From the NCBI GenBank assembly GCA_945860585.1, contig CAMARA010000002.1, positions 10,643-74,642 on the forward strand: DNA of 64,000 bases, given 5' to 3'. Every line of letters begins with the position of its first letter. The first letter of the stretch is position 1. The DNA comes from Francisella tularensis subsp. holarctica (GTDB taxonomy: Bacteria > Pseudomonadota > Gammaproteobacteria > Francisellales > CACEW01). The translations under genes and the position numbers were made by a program. A model generated the notes under the pieces. That model did no database searches, was not told the DNA's origin, and saw nothing but the letters and a program-made list of their open reading frames with translations. Below, in pieces: positions 47,637-57,874 of the stretch.

Positions 47637-49610
47637 ATGATCCTCGGGGTATTTAATCAATTATTAGTGGTCTTAGTCGTGACGATTGCCGTGGTGGCCG
47701 CATGTCGACGCATGAACTTCCCGCCGATTGTTGGTTATATTATCGTGGGCTTGATGATCAGTTTGATTGGGCATAATTCGTTTCAGCATTTTTCGAAGTT
47801 GACCGTTTTAGCCCGCTATGGCGTGGTGTTTCTATTATTTTCGATTGGTCTGGATTTCTCGCTGCCGCGTTTAATCAGTATGAAGAAAATGGTTTTTGGC
47901 TTGGGCAGCTTGCAAATGCTAGCCTGTGGTGGCTTGAGCTATCTTTTATGTGCCCTGCTGCATCTAGATGGTCTGACCGGGTTTGTGGTTGCGGTGGCCG
48001 TGGCCATGTCTTCTACAGCGATTATCAGTAAAATTTTGAAAGAAAACGGCGAGTCCGGCACGCATGTCGGGCACTTAACTATGAGTATGCTGATTTTTCA
48101 AGATTTGATGGTGGTGCCGGCGATTATTATTACCACTTTTTTTGCGACCCACACCGGCGGGAATATTTTAAGCTCCCTTGGGGTGGAGCTGCTTAAAGGT
48201 GTCTTTACCTTTGCAGTTCTGGTTTTGGTGGGAAAAAAAGTCTTTACGCCTATTTTCCATGAAGTCGCACGCTCACGTTCTGCAGAACTCTTTACCTTAG
48301 CGACGTTGTTTGTGGTCTTGAGTGCGGCGTATTTTTCGGATCTGATGGGAATGTCGACGGAGTTCGGTGCCTTTTTGGCGGGGGCGATCATTGGCGGCAC
48401 GCCCTATCATCATCAGGTTGAAAGCGATATTCGGCCATTTCGTGATGTGCTTCTGGGGTTGTTTTTTATCGGCATTGGCACGCTTCTGAATATTGATGTA
48501 TTTGTCGCGCATTTTCTAGTGATTATTACCGCGGCTTTGATTATTTTCGTGCTGAAGCTGGTGATTATTGCCTTCCTGGTGAAATATTTGAAATTAGGCG
48601 GGCCGCGGGAATCAGTCAAAGTGGGCTTATTGTTGGCGCAGGCAGGGGAATTTGGTTTTGTACTAGTGGCGATGGCCTCTGAATTTGATTTTCTGGGCGA
48701 TATGCAGGCGCAGATTATTTTGGCGTCGTTGATCATCAGTATGTTGTTGTCCATCTTGAGTTTGCGTTTCCAGAATCAACTCATTCCACGGCTGACGCGG
48801 CTATTGTTTGGAAAGTGTAAACTGCAGCCCGACGCAGTACAGAATATTCAGCTCACACCTGGGGTGATTTTGATTGCGGGGTTTAGCCGCATTGGACAGT
48901 GGGTGGCCAAGGCCGTCAGTACGCAGGGGCATGCTTATCTTGCTCTGGATTTGGACCCGACGATTATCAATCAGGCGCGCCTGGCCGGTGAAAACGTCGT
49001 GTATGCCGATGCCGCTGATACCCATATTTTACAGAATCTGCATATTGAGCAGGCGAAAGCGATTGTCTTAACCTTTCAAGATGTGTCTATTTCATTGAAA
49101 GTCCTGCATCAAATGCGCATGTATAATACCACGGTACCGATTTTAGTGCGCACCCAAGATGATACGGATATGGAAGCTTTGCTGGCTGCGGGTGCAACCG
49201 AGGTGATTCCCGATGCATTGGAAGCGAGTTTGATTTTAAGCTTGCATATTTTAGTGAGTCTTGGCATGGATATGGCAAGCGCCATGGTCTGGAGCAATGA
49301 ACTGCGTCAAGACCGTTATAAATTGTTAAAAGGATATTTTGTAGGCGACGAGTCCAATGGTGATCCCGATACGCCGCGTCAACAGCAGCGCGCGATTGCG
49401 ATTCAAGAGGGTTATTTTGCGGAGGGGAAAACTATTTTTCATCTGGATATTCAACAGTTTGGTGTTGAAGTGATTGCCATGCGGAAGCGGGGAATTGTCG
49501 GCGCCAAGCCCGCGCATCAAACCAAAGTCCATGCGGGTGATGTACTGATTGTGGCCGGTTTGTTGGAGAATTTAGATCGCTTTGAGACACATATCGTGGA
49601 AGGGCGATGA
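47637..49610 (+). CDS. CPA2-family cation:proton antiporter with TrkA-N/TrkA-C domains (KefB/YbaL-like)
   Basis: About 12 TM segments followed by an RCK domain (ILIAGFSRIGQ). Confidence 0.85.
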   Translation: MILGVFNQLLVVLVVTIAVVAACRRMNFPPIVGYIIVGLMISLIGHNSFQHFSKLTVLARYGVVFLLFSIGLDFSLPRLISMKKMVFGLGSLQMLACGGLSYLLCALLHLDGLTGFVVAVAVAMSSTAIISKILKENGESGTHVGHLTMSMLIFQDLMVVPAIIITTFFATHTGGNILSSLGVELLKGVFTFAVLVLVGKKVFTPIFHEVARSRSAELFTLATLFVVLSAAYFSDLMGMSTEFGAFLAGAIIGGTPYHHQVESDIRPFRDVLLGLFFIGIGTLLNIDVFVAHFLVIITAALIIFVLKLVIIAFLVKYLKLGGPRESVKVGLLLAQAGEFGFVLVAMASEFDFLGDMQAQIILASLIISMLLSILSLRFQNQLIPRLTRLLFGKCKLQPDAVQNIQLTPGVILIAGFSRIGQWVAKAVSTQGHAYLALDLDPTIINQARLAGENVVYADAADTHILQNLHIEQAKAIVLTFQDVSISLKVLHQMRMYNTTVPILVRTQDDTDMEALLAAGATEVIPDALEASLILSLHILVSLGMDMASAMVWSNELRQDRYKLLKGYFVGDESNGDPDTPRQQQRAIAIQEGYFAEGKTIFHLDIQQFGVEVIAMRKRGIVGAKPAHQTKVHAGDVLIVAGLLENLDRFETHIVEGR

Positions 49611-50503
49611 TTTTTATCAGTACCTTGCACAATCCCTATCAAAATCTTGCGCTGGAACATGCTTTATTTCAAAATACGCAAGCGCCGAGTTTATTTTTAT
49701 ATGTCAATACGCCCTGTGTGGTGATTGGGCGTGCGCAAAATCCATGGATTGAAGCCAATCTTGCGTATATGCAGCAGCGGCAGATTCCCTTGTTGCGGCG
49801 GCAAAGTGGGGGCGGCACGGTAGTGCATGATCTGGGGAATCTTAATTTTAGCTTTATGAGTCCCACCGCGCATTATGATAAACAGCAGCATCTGCGTATC
49901 GTTTTGAAAGCGCTGCATGATCTGGGGATTCCCGCAACGGTGAATGAGCGGCATGATCTGATGTTGCAGGGCAAAAAAATTTCCGGCAGTGCGTTTCGGG
50001 AGACGCGCGATCATTGTTTTCATCACGGTACCTTGCTGATTGAGAGTGATTTACCCGCGTTACGCGAAGCCCTGGCAGCGCCTCCGCTCAAAATCAAGAC
50101 CAATGCCGTGCCTTCGGTGCGCAGTGCAGTGATGAATCTCTGTGATTTCAAGGCCGATCTTTCGATGCAACAGATGCAATCGCAGCTGATCACTGCTTTT
50201 TCTCTCCATCATCAGTTTACGATCGCGCCCACACTGCTGGATGAAACTGCTTTAGACAGCCCACTCGCGCAGACTGCGTTAAGCTTGTATCAAAGTCAGG
50301 AGTGGCTGTATCACAAAACCCTACCCTTCGAAGAGCAGCGCGAGGTGAATGGCCAGATCGTGACCCTGTATGTCGAACAGGGCGTGATTATGCGTTGTGT
50401 GCCACTCTTGTCTGAATGTGAAGCATGGATTGGCACTGAATTTGCGGTCCTCGCTATTTTCCCTTCTCCCTTTGCGGAGGAGGGCAGGGTGGAGGGGGGA
50501 TAG
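49607..50503 (+). CDS. lplA: Lipoate-protein ligase A family protein (C-terminus encoded by a REP element)
   Basis: LplA N-domain motifs (RRQSGGGTVVHD, GKKISGSA). The last ~14 codons and the stop lie inside REP copy 5. Confidence 0.75.
   Translation: MIFISTLHNPYQNLALEHALFQNTQAPSLFLYVNTPCVVIGRAQNPWIEANLAYMQQRQIPLLRRQSGGGTVVHDLGNLNFSFMSPTAHYDKQQHLRIVLKALHDLGIPATVNERHDLMLQGKKISGSAFRETRDHCFHHGTLLIESDLPALREALAAPPLKIKTNAVPSVRSAVMNLCDFKADLSMQQMQSQLITAFSLHHQFTIAPTLLDETALDSPLAQTALSLYQSQEWLYHKTLPFEEQREVNGQIVTLYVEQGVIMRCVPLLSECEAWIGTEFAVLAIFPSPFAEEGRVEGG
50461..50500. repeat. REP-like palindromic element, copy 5
   Basis: CCCTTCTCCCTTTGCGGAGGAGGGCAGGGTGGAGGGGGGA. Confidence 0.8.
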
Positions 50504-50566
50504 CTACATGACTATTAAGGTCGGCTGTAGTACAATAGCGCTTTGGTTAAAATCAGAGTTTGAGTC

Positions 50567-52360
50567 ATGATGAAAAACATCCGTAATTTCTCGGTGATCG
50601 CGCATATTGATCATGGAAAATCCACTTTATCCGATCGCATTATTGAGATCTGCGGTGGCTTAAGTGCGCGCGAGATGGAAGCGCAGGTCTTGGATTCCAT
50701 GGATATCGAACGCGAGCGTGGGATCACGATTAAGGCGCAAAGTGTCTGTCTGGAATATAAGGCAAAAGATGGGGTGACGTATCAGCTGAATTTTATTGAT
50801 ACACCGGGGCATGTCGATTTTGCCTATGAAGTATCGCGCTCTCTCTCGGCCTGCGAAGGCGCGTTGTTGGTCGTGGATGCGGCACAGGGCGTGGAAGCGC
50901 AAACCGTTGCAAACTGTTACACGGCAATGGATCAGGGCCTAGAAGTAGTGCCGGTTTTAAATAAAATTGATTTGCCGCAATCCGAGCCGGAGCGGGTAGC
51001 CGAAGAAATTGAAGAAATTATTGGGATCGAAGCCACGGATGCAATTCGGTGTAGTGCGAAAACAGGCGTAGGCGTGATCGATGTGCTGGAAGAAATCGTC
51101 AAGCGCATTCCAGCGCCGCAGGGCGACCCTGAAGCCGCATTGCAGGCTTTGATTATTGATTCCTGGTTTGATGCCTATCTAGGCGTGGTGTCTTTGGTGC
51201 GGATCAAAAATGGCCGCCTGAAAAAGGGCGATAAAATTCTGGTGATGTCCACTGGGCAAAGCTATCATGCCGAACAAATCGGTGTGTTTACACCCAAGCG
51301 TCAATATCGGGATATCTTGAATTGCGGCGATGTTGGCTTTGTGGTGGCGAATGTTAAAGATGTACATGGCGCGCCGGTGGGTGATACATTAACACATGTC
51401 AAACCCGCTGCTGTTGAGCCTTTAGCCGGATTTAAAAAAGTGAAGCCGCAGGTGTATTCAGGCTTATTCCCGATTAATTCTGAAGATTACGAAGATTTCC
51501 GAGAAGCACTGGAAAAGCTGAGCTTGAACGACGCCTCTCTCTTTTTTGAACCAGAAACCTCTGAGGCGCTAGGCTTTGGTTTTCGCTGTGGCTTTTTGGG
51601 CCTGCTGCATATGGAAATTGTGCAGGAACGGCTGGAGCGCGAGTATAATCTCGATTTGATTACCTCTTCCCCAACGGTGGTTTACGAAGTGCTGTTGCGG
51701 AATGGAGAAGTGGTCTATGTCGATAATCCTTCCAAGCTACCCGATCTGGGCAAAATTGAAGAAATCCGTGAGCCGATTTGCGAGGCGCATATTTTAGTGC
51801 CGCAGGAATATGTCGGCAATGTGATGACGCTGTGCCAGGAAAAACGTGGTATCCAGATCAATATGCAATACGTCGGCAAGCAAGTCTCTATGACCTATGA
51901 ATTGCCGATGGGCGAAGTGGTTTTAGACTTTTTTGATCGCCTCAAATCCGTGAGTCGTGGCTATGCCTCGCTGGATTATGGCTTTAAGCATTATCAGTCC
52001 GCACCCGTCGTGCGCCTGGATGTCCTGATCAACAGCGAGCGGGTAGATGCCCTGGCCTTGATGGCGCATCGGGATCAAGCGCAGTATCGTGGCCGCATGC
52101 TGGTTGATAAACTGAAGGACTTGATCCCTCGGCAGATGTTTGATGTCGCCATTCAAGCCGCCATCGGCGCCCAGATCATCGCCCGTTCCAGCGTGAAAGC
52201 CCTGCGTAAAAACGTCCTGGCAAAATGCTATGGCGGCGATATCAGCCGTAAGAAAAAGCTCCTTGAAAAGCAAAAGGAAGGGAAGAAACGCATGAAGCAA
52301 GTCGGTGCGGTAGAGATTCCGCAAGAAGCGTTTTTGGCAATTTTGAAAGTGGATAAGTAG
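50567..52360 (+). CDS. lepA: Elongation factor 4
   Basis: [17 protein letters not shown]1 motif, [12 protein letters not shown] and the LepA C-terminal domain. Confidence 0.95.
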   Translation: MMKNIRNFSVIAHIDHGKSTLSDRIIEICGGLSAREMEAQVLDSMDIERERGITIKAQSVCLEYKAKDGVTYQLNFIDTPGHVDFAYEVSRSLSACEGALLVVDAAQGVEAQTVANCYTAMDQGLEVVPVLNKIDLPQSEPERVAEEIEEIIGIEATDAIRCSAKTGVGVIDVLEEIVKRIPAPQGDPEAALQALIIDSWFDAYLGVVSLVRIKNGRLKKGDKILVMSTGQSYHAEQIGVFTPKRQYRDILNCGDVGFVVANVKDVHGAPVGDTLTHVKPAAVEPLAGFKKVKPQVYSGLFPINSEDYEDFREALEKLSLNDASLFFEPETSEALGFGFRCGFLGLLHMEIVQERLEREYNLDLITSSPTVVYEVLLRNGEVVYVDNPSKLPDLGKIEEIREPICEAHILVPQEYVGNVMTLCQEKRGIQINMQYVGKQVSMTYELPMGEVVLDFFDRLKSVSRGYASLDYGFKHYQSAPVVRLDVLINSERVDALALMAHRDQAQYRGRMLVDKLKDLIPRQMFDVAIQAAIGAQIIARSSVKALRKNVLAKCYGGDISRKKKLLEKQKEGKKRMKQVGAVEIPQEAFLAILKVDK

Positions 52361-52406
52361 CGTTTTTAAACTGGAAAGTATATTAAAAAAACTGCTTGAA
52401 ATAAGC

Positions 52407-52667
52407 ATGCCAGAAATATCAATGTTTTTAGGAATCATTATTTATATGTATCTTAAAGAGCACAACCCACCTCATTTTCATGTTGAATATAATGAGTTTA
52501 GTGCGATGATTGATATTGAGCATCTTTCTGTAATGGAGGGAAGGCTCCCTCCTCGTGTGCTCAGTCTGGCCATAGAATGGGCGTCGCTCAATAAGCAGGC
52601 GCTGGCAGACAATTGGGATTCTTTGCGCAAGGAGGGTTCTTTTGATAAAATAAAGCCATTGGTTTAA
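52407..52667 (+). CDS. DUF4160-family protein
   Basis: ISMFLGIIIYMYLKEHNPPHFHVEY matches the DUF4160 signature as I recall it. Confidence 0.7.
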   Translation: MPEISMFLGIIIYMYLKEHNPPHFHVEYNEFSAMIDIEHLSVMEGRLPPRVLSLAIEWASLNKQALADNWDSLRKEGSFDKIKPLV

Positions 52668-52688
52668 AAAAGAAAAATGAGGCGAATC

Positions 52689-52976
52689 ATGAGCATTAAA
52701 GTATTGGCAGCCGAACATCTTCATGATATGGTTTTAAAAATTAAATTTAATGATCAAAAAGAATATATTATTGACCTCGGTGTCTTTATTCTCAATGAGC
52801 CACTCAAAATTATTCGCGCCTTGCAAGATCAGAAATTATTTCATGATTTTACCATTGCTCATGGTACAATCTGCTGGGCGAATGGTGCAGATCTTGCTCC
52901 AGAATACTTATATTTTCTTGCCAATAAAGAAGGCCCTCAATTGCATGAAAAATTTACTGCATGGGGATATCTTTAA
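52689..52976 (+). CDS. DUF2442-family protein
   Basis: A small ORF with the I.W.NG.DL.PE.LY C-terminal pattern. GAGG precedes the ATG at 52689. It pairs with DUF4160. Confidence 0.65.
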   Translation: MSIKVLAAEHLHDMVLKIKFNDQKEYIIDLGVFILNEPLKIIRALQDQKLFHDFTIAHGTICWANGADLAPEYLYFLANKEGPQLHEKFTAWGYL

Positions 52977-52995
52977 ATAATCGCCCATTCCGCCC

Positions 52996-53023
52996 TTGAC
53001 ATCTACTCTAAAAGGGCTAGAAT
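52996..53023 (+). promoter_or_regulatory. Sigma70-like promoter with an overlapping palindromic operator candidate
   Basis: TTGACA (52996-53001), 16-nt spacer, TAGAAT (53018-53023). The palindrome CTAGAAtacgTTCTAG spans 53017-53032. Confidence 0.55.
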
Positions 53024-53073
53024 ACGTTCTAGAAATTTATTTTTAATTCTGTGCTTAAACAAGGGGATAAATA

Positions 53074-53196
53074 ATGAAAAAATGGCTTGCAATTTTAGCA
53101 GTGACATTGGTTGCTGGATTTGGTGTTTTTACGATGGTCAATGTGTCCGCTGCTGCCCCCACCTTTGGTTGTGAGCTCGGCGCGCCAGGTTGTTAG
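53074..53196 (+). CDS. Unannotated 40-codon ORF: signal/TM-anchored peptide ending ..FGCELGAPGC
   Basis: ATG preceded by AAGGGGA. Translation: MKKWLAILAVTLVAGFGVFTMVNVSAAAPTFGCELGAPGC. It is shorter than the ORF-track cut-off. Confidence 0.45.
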   Translation: MKKWLAILAVTLVAGFGVFTMVNVSAAAPTFGCELGAPGC

Positions 53197-53207
53197 GGTT
53201 GTAGAGA

Positions 53208-54350
53208 ATGCCTTTCATTTGTCCTGATTATCTTTCTGGGGAAAAAATAAAAACTTTAGCAAGTGTAATGCATCGAGTTCCTGCTAATACGGTAAATGTT
53301 TTTTCCCCATTATTTCTTTTGAGTGTTAGCGATCCTCATTTTGATAAAGATTTTGCTGCGCGCTTTGGTTATTTTCGTGCTTTTTTTGATGGCTATCTAC
53401 GTGAAGCTGCAGCGTGTATTTTGCCTGACAAATTTAATGCAGATGGGGTCAGTACATCGCAGTTCGAGGTTTCAGGTGACTCTACCACTATTTCCTTTAT
53501 GCCTTATGATCAAATCGTGCAATCTCAGGAGCGCATGATTCGTTTGCAGATGTATATTTGTGCGGTGCATGATGGACGCAGGCATAAGTGGTATGCCGCA
53601 GGTCTTGCGCTGGCTGGAGGACTTTTAATTGCGGCGGATGTTGTTGTCGTGCCGCGATATGTGCATTCTTCCGATCGTTTTGGAACCGCCTCTTTAGCTA
53701 ATCAATTGTTGATCGCCTTGTTTGCGGTTGTGGCTGGGCAAAGTGTGGCGCAACTTGCTAAGATTAAAATGGCTTTTTCGCGTTTGAAATATCCTAAAGC
53801 CCCGCCTTCTTGTTTGTCGCTTATGAAAGTGATGAGTCTTAAGAAATGGTTGCCCCCTGCGTTGGCGTTTGGTGCATTCAATGTGGCACGTGATATTACA
53901 CCGGTTGCAGAGATGCTATATTCTGGATTTAAAAGTTTAGCTGCGTTTATTGGTGTGACTTTTGATCTCCCTTTAATCTTGATGAGTGTGTGTGTTTTTA
54001 TGGCAACACTGTCATGGAATTTAAGGGCGCAAGATCGGCAGGCAGAGAAAGCCGGTATTGAACTGAAGATGATGGTGCATTCTTCTAGCGGTGATTCATC
54101 AGAATCAGCAGCAGGGCGAGAATCAGGGGTAAGTGATCCGGTGCGGATGTCAGTGCCAGTGCCACTAACGCCAGCTCATGCCGTTGATTCATCAGGCGAC
54201 AGCATTGTTAGAGTGCCGATGTCAGATTCAGGAACGCATAATAGGTTGCGATCATCATCCGCTCAGCACAATACGTCGTTTCAGTCGGATGTCTCTTTAT
54301 TTGGTCGTCGGGAACCTGGCGATGATGCAACAATAGAGCTTGGCTCTTAA
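53208..54350 (+). CDS. AT-rich orphan membrane protein (~4 TM) with a Ser-rich C-terminal tail; candidate effector
   Basis: A 380-aa ORF starting 11 nt after the small ORF. Hydrophobic segments lie around residues 130-150, 170-190, 215-235 and 245-270. It contains a (GTGCCA)x2 repeat. I recognise no family. Confidence 0.6.
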   Translation: MPFICPDYLSGEKIKTLASVMHRVPANTVNVFSPLFLLSVSDPHFDKDFAARFGYFRAFFDGYLREAAACILPDKFNADGVSTSQFEVSGDSTTISFMPYDQIVQSQERMIRLQMYICAVHDGRRHKWYAAGLALAGGLLIAADVVVVPRYVHSSDRFGTASLANQLLIALFAVVAGQSVAQLAKIKMAFSRLKYPKAPPSCLSLMKVMSLKKWLPPALAFGAFNVARDITPVAEMLYSGFKSLAAFIGVTFDLPLILMSVCVFMATLSWNLRAQDRQAEKAGIELKMMVHSSSGDSSESAAGRESGVSDPVRMSVPVPLTPAHAVDSSGDSIVRVPMSDSGTHNRLRSSSAQHNTSFQSDVSLFGRREPGDDATIELGS

Positions 54351-54398
54351 AGCTCTTTTTAGGCTTATGCTGAGGTCAAGGGTGTGTGGGATTTTCTT

Positions 54399-54438
54399 CA
54401 CCTCCACCCCAACCCTCCCCCGTCAAGGGGGAGGGAGC
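54399..54438. repeat. REP-like palindromic element, copy 6 (inverted orientation)
   Basis: CACCTCCACCCCAACCCTCCCCCGTCAAGGGGGAGGGAGC lies between convergent genes. Confidence 0.8.
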
Positions 54439-54448
54439 TGAAAATCTT

Positions 54449-56770
54449 CTAAGACCGCAAAACCGCTCCGCATTGGTGTTCGGCTTGAGCACAGACCTGG
54501 GTAATATATTGCTGTACTTCATCATCAACCAGCGTACGCTCGGTATGTTGCAAAATCAAGGCGATGGCGAGACTTTTTTGATCGGTGGGGAGGTTAGCGC
54601 CTTCATAGACGTCAAAAAGCTTGACCTCTTGTAGGAGCTCACAGGGGATGGACTGAATGGCGGCGATGAGTTGGCCGGCGGTTTGACTGCGGTTTACGAC
54701 AAAAGCGAGATCACGGCGGATGCTGGGGTATTTAGAGACGGGTTTGATGGGATTGATTTGACCGGCCTGGAGCATGGAAAGCTTGATTTCAAAGAGAAAA
54801 ACCTCGCTGGGGAGATCTAGTTTTTTGGCGATCTCGGGATGGAGGCGGCCGAAATAGCCTTGATTTTGTTGGTCTAGGAGCAGGTTTAGGCTTTGGCCGG
54901 GATGCATGAAGCGGGGGAGATTCTGGGTGGAGAAATCCGCTTTGACGTGGGCGAGTTCCAGAATATTTTCAATCACACCTTTGAGGTTAAAGAAATCGCC
55001 GGCGCCATAGCACGCTCCGGCGACGACCCATTCTTCCTCGGCTTTTGCACCGACAAAGCGCGGGCCGATTTCAAAAATCTTGACGGTTTCTTGCTGGCGA
55101 TGAATATTGTTTTGCAAAATTTTCAGCAGACTGATTGAAACCTGCTGGCGCATGGCAGAAAGTTCACTGCTGATGGGATTGCTGAGCTGATATTGTGGGC
55201 TTTCACAAAAGTCAGCCTGCCATTGGGGGTCAATAAAGCTGTAACTTAAGACCTCCTGCATGCCGGTATGCATCAGGAAATGGCGTAACGCTTCGGCAGG
55301 TAGAATGCGTTCCGGCTGGAAATGCGTGTGCAGACTGGGCTGCGGGGCTTCACCGGGAATGCGATTGTAGCCATAAATTCGTGCGAGTTCCTCAATCAGA
55401 TCGGCTTCGATATTTAAATCAAAACGGAACGACGGTGGTGTTAAGGTCAGGCCTTCGGTATCCACTGTGGTGATCTGACACTGCAATTGAGTAAACGTAT
55501 TTTGAATAAAATCAAGGGGCAGGGTGATGCCGAGTATTTTTTCAATACGGGCAAAACGCAGGCGGATAGACGGCGCCGTCGGAATCTGCGCAGGTATATC
55601 GTAGATTTGAATGGGTTCTGCCTGACCGCCGATCAATTGAGCGGCCAAGTTTAAAGCGCGAAGTGGCAGTTCTGGATCCACGCCGCGTTCAAAACGATGC
55701 GAGGAATCGGTATGCAAGCCATACGCGCGGGCCTGGCCGGCGAGGGCGAGCGGTGCAAAAAATGCTGCCTCGAGTAAAATATTCTGCGTTGTGGGTGTGA
55801 CGCTGGAATGCAGGCCACCCATGATTCCAGCTAAAGCTAAAACCTGTTTGGCATCGCGAATAATTAAGCTATTTTGTTGCAGGGTAATGTCGGCTTCATT
55901 GAGTAGCTTCAGCTTTTCCTGACCCTGAGCCAGGCAGACTTCTAAGGGCAGCTCCACTTGATCCGCATCAAACGCATGCATCGGCTGGCCGGTCAAGAGC
56001 ATGACATAATTCAAAATATCCACGACAAAAGAAATGCTGCGCAAGCCAGAGCGCTCTAAGTCTTTGATCATCCAGGCCGGCGTTGCGGCTTGATTATTCA
56101 CGGCTTGAATTTTTTGCAGGCAATAACGTGGTGCAGCGGCAGGCGCGCTGATCTGGACTTGATCCCCCTTGATCGTGGGATGAGTGGCCGCATTGGCGAC
56201 GCTGAAATCCAGCTGATTGAAGAGGGCGATCTCCCGCGCAATTCCTTCTAAGCTTAAACAATCGCCGCGATTGGGTGTGAGTTCAATGCTGATCTGATGA
56301 TCATCTAAATCTAAATAGGCCCGAATATACTGGCTTAGCGGTGCATCTGCGGGGAGTTCGATAATGCCATCAATGGTTTCAGTGAGGCCTAATTCTTTTT
56401 CCGAGCACAACATCCCTTGCGAGAGCACACCGCGTAATTTGGCTTCCTTGATAGTGAAATCTCCAGGCAAAACCGCGCCAACGGTGGCCACGCAGACTTT
56501 GATGCCAGCGCGTGCATTTTTAGCGCCGCAGACAATGTTTAAAGGTGTGGTGCTACCGATATTTACCTGGCAGACACGCAGGCGATCGGCATCTGGATGC
56601 TGCACGGCCTCGATGATTTCACCGATCACCACGCCTTGAAAAGCGGGTGCAATCAGGGTGCATTCATCGACCTCTAAGCCTAAATTGGTGAGTTGCTCAC
56701 AGAGTTCTTCCGTTGAACAGCTCAATTGATTGTTTAAAAGGCGGCGCAGCCAGGATTCCGAAAATTTCAT
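54449..56770 (-). CDS. pheT: Phenylalanine--tRNA ligase beta subunit
   Basis: MKFSESWLR N-terminus, tRNA-binding, B3/4, B5 and FDX-ACB domain order, downstream of pheS. Confidence 0.95.
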   Translation of the reverse strand: MKFSESWLRRLLNNQLSCSTEELCEQLTNLGLEVDECTLIAPAFQGVVIGEIIEAVQHPDADRLRVCQVNIGSTTPLNIVCGAKNARAGIKVCVATVGAVLPGDFTIKEAKLRGVLSQGMLCSEKELGLTETIDGIIELPADAPLSQYIRAYLDLDDHQISIELTPNRGDCLSLEGIAREIALFNQLDFSVANAATHPTIKGDQVQISAPAAAPRYCLQKIQAVNNQAATPAWMIKDLERSGLRSISFVVDILNYVMLLTGQPMHAFDADQVELPLEVCLAQGQEKLKLLNEADITLQQNSLIIRDAKQVLALAGIMGGLHSSVTPTTQNILLEAAFFAPLALAGQARAYGLHTDSSHRFERGVDPELPLRALNLAAQLIGGQAEPIQIYDIPAQIPTAPSIRLRFARIEKILGITLPLDFIQNTFTQLQCQITTVDTEGLTLTPPSFRFDLNIEADLIEELARIYGYNRIPGEAPQPSLHTHFQPERILPAEALRHFLMHTGMQEVLSYSFIDPQWQADFCESPQYQLSNPISSELSAMRQQVSISLLKILQNNIHRQQETVKIFEIGPRFVGAKAEEEWVVAGACYGAGDFFNLKGVIENILELAHVKADFSTQNLPRFMHPGQSLNLLLDQQNQGYFGRLHPEIAKKLDLPSEVFLFEIKLSMLQAGQINPIKPVSKYPSIRRDLAFVVNRSQTAGQLIAAIQSIPCELLQEVKLFDVYEGANLPTDQKSLAIALILQHTERTLVDDEVQQYITQVCAQAEHQCGAVLRS

Positions 56771-56786
56771 GAAGACTCCAAAAAGG

Positions 56787-57764
56787 TTATAATTGCCCTA
56801 AAAAACGGACATCATTTTCAAATAATAAACGCAGATCAGTGATGCCATAGCGCACCATGGTGAGGCGCTCGATGCCCATGCCAAAGGCAAATCCCTGGTG
56901 TTGCTCGGGATCAATGTTCACATTGTGCAAAACATTGGGATGGACCATCCCGCAACCCAATACTTCCAGCCAGCGGTTATTAAACCAGACATCCACTTCG
57001 GCCGAAGGTTCGGTAAAAGGAAAGGAATGCGGACGAAAACGAATGCGTAGATCTTTTTCAAAAAAATAACGCAGAAACGCTTCCAGTAAGCCTTTGAGAT
57101 GGGTGAAGCGAATATCTTGATCCAGCCACAGCCCTTCCATCTGATGAAACATGGGCGAGTGGGTCTGGTCATAATCACAGCGATAAACCCGACCCTGGCT
57201 GATAATGCGTAAAGGCGGCGTGTTGTTTTCCATAAAACGAATCTGCACATTCGAGGTGTGCGTGCGTAAAAGCTGGCCATCACCAAAATAAAAGGTATCA
57301 TGCGCAGCGCGGGCGGGATGATGTTCCGGAATATTCAAGGCCGTAAAATTGTGGAAATCATCTTCAATCTGCGGACCTTCAGCCAGTTGAAAACCGTTTT
57401 GCATGAAAAATTGCGAGATGCGTTCAATCGAGCGGTTGATCGGATGCGTATGGCCGGGCGGGACGCGGATGCCGGGCAAGCTCACATCAAGCTGTTGGCT
57501 TTGGAGTTCGCGCTGAAGTTTGGCGCTTTCCAATTGCGCATTTTTAGCTTGGAACGCATCCTCTAAAATCGTCTTGACGGCATTCACTTTCTGGCCCATC
57601 AGCGGGCGTTCCGCCGGCGTCAGATGCGTCATGGATTTGAGGATATCCGTCAGCTGTCCTTTTTTGCCTAAGATAGAAACTTTGAATTCATACAGCGCTT
57701 GGAGGTCCATCAGGGTGTTGATTTTTTGTAATGTTTCGTCTTGTAAGTGTGAAAGTTCCTGCAC
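56787..57764 (-). CDS. pheS: Phenylalanine--tRNA ligase alpha subunit
   Basis: Class II motifs ([36 protein letters not shown]). GTG start. Confidence 0.95.
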   Translation of the reverse strand: MQELSHLQDETLQKINTLMDLQALYEFKVSILGKKGQLTDILKSMTHLTPAERPLMGQKVNAVKTILEDAFQAKNAQLESAKLQRELQSQQLDVSLPGIRVPPGHTHPINRSIERISQFFMQNGFQLAEGPQIEDDFHNFTALNIPEHHPARAAHDTFYFGDGQLLRTHTSNVQIRFMENNTPPLRIISQGRVYRCDYDQTHSPMFHQMEGLWLDQDIRFTHLKGLLEAFLRYFFEKDLRIRFRPHSFPFTEPSAEVDVWFNNRWLEVLGCGMVHPNVLHNVNIDPEQHQGFAFGMGIERLTMVRYGITDLRLLFENDVRFLGQL

Positions 57765-57812
57765 GATCTAATCTTGTCTAGTCTAGTGAAGCAGTCATTT
57801 TAGCACAAATCA

Positions 57813-57842
57813 TTGCCAAAAGAGAATGGAGGCTGCTATAAT
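57813..57842 (+). promoter_or_regulatory. Sigma70-like promoter of efp
   Basis: TTGCCA (57813-57818), 18-nt spacer, TATAAT (57837-57842). Confidence 0.5.
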
Positions 57843-57874
57843 TGGCAGAGTTTTTAACGATAAGAGGATGGTTT

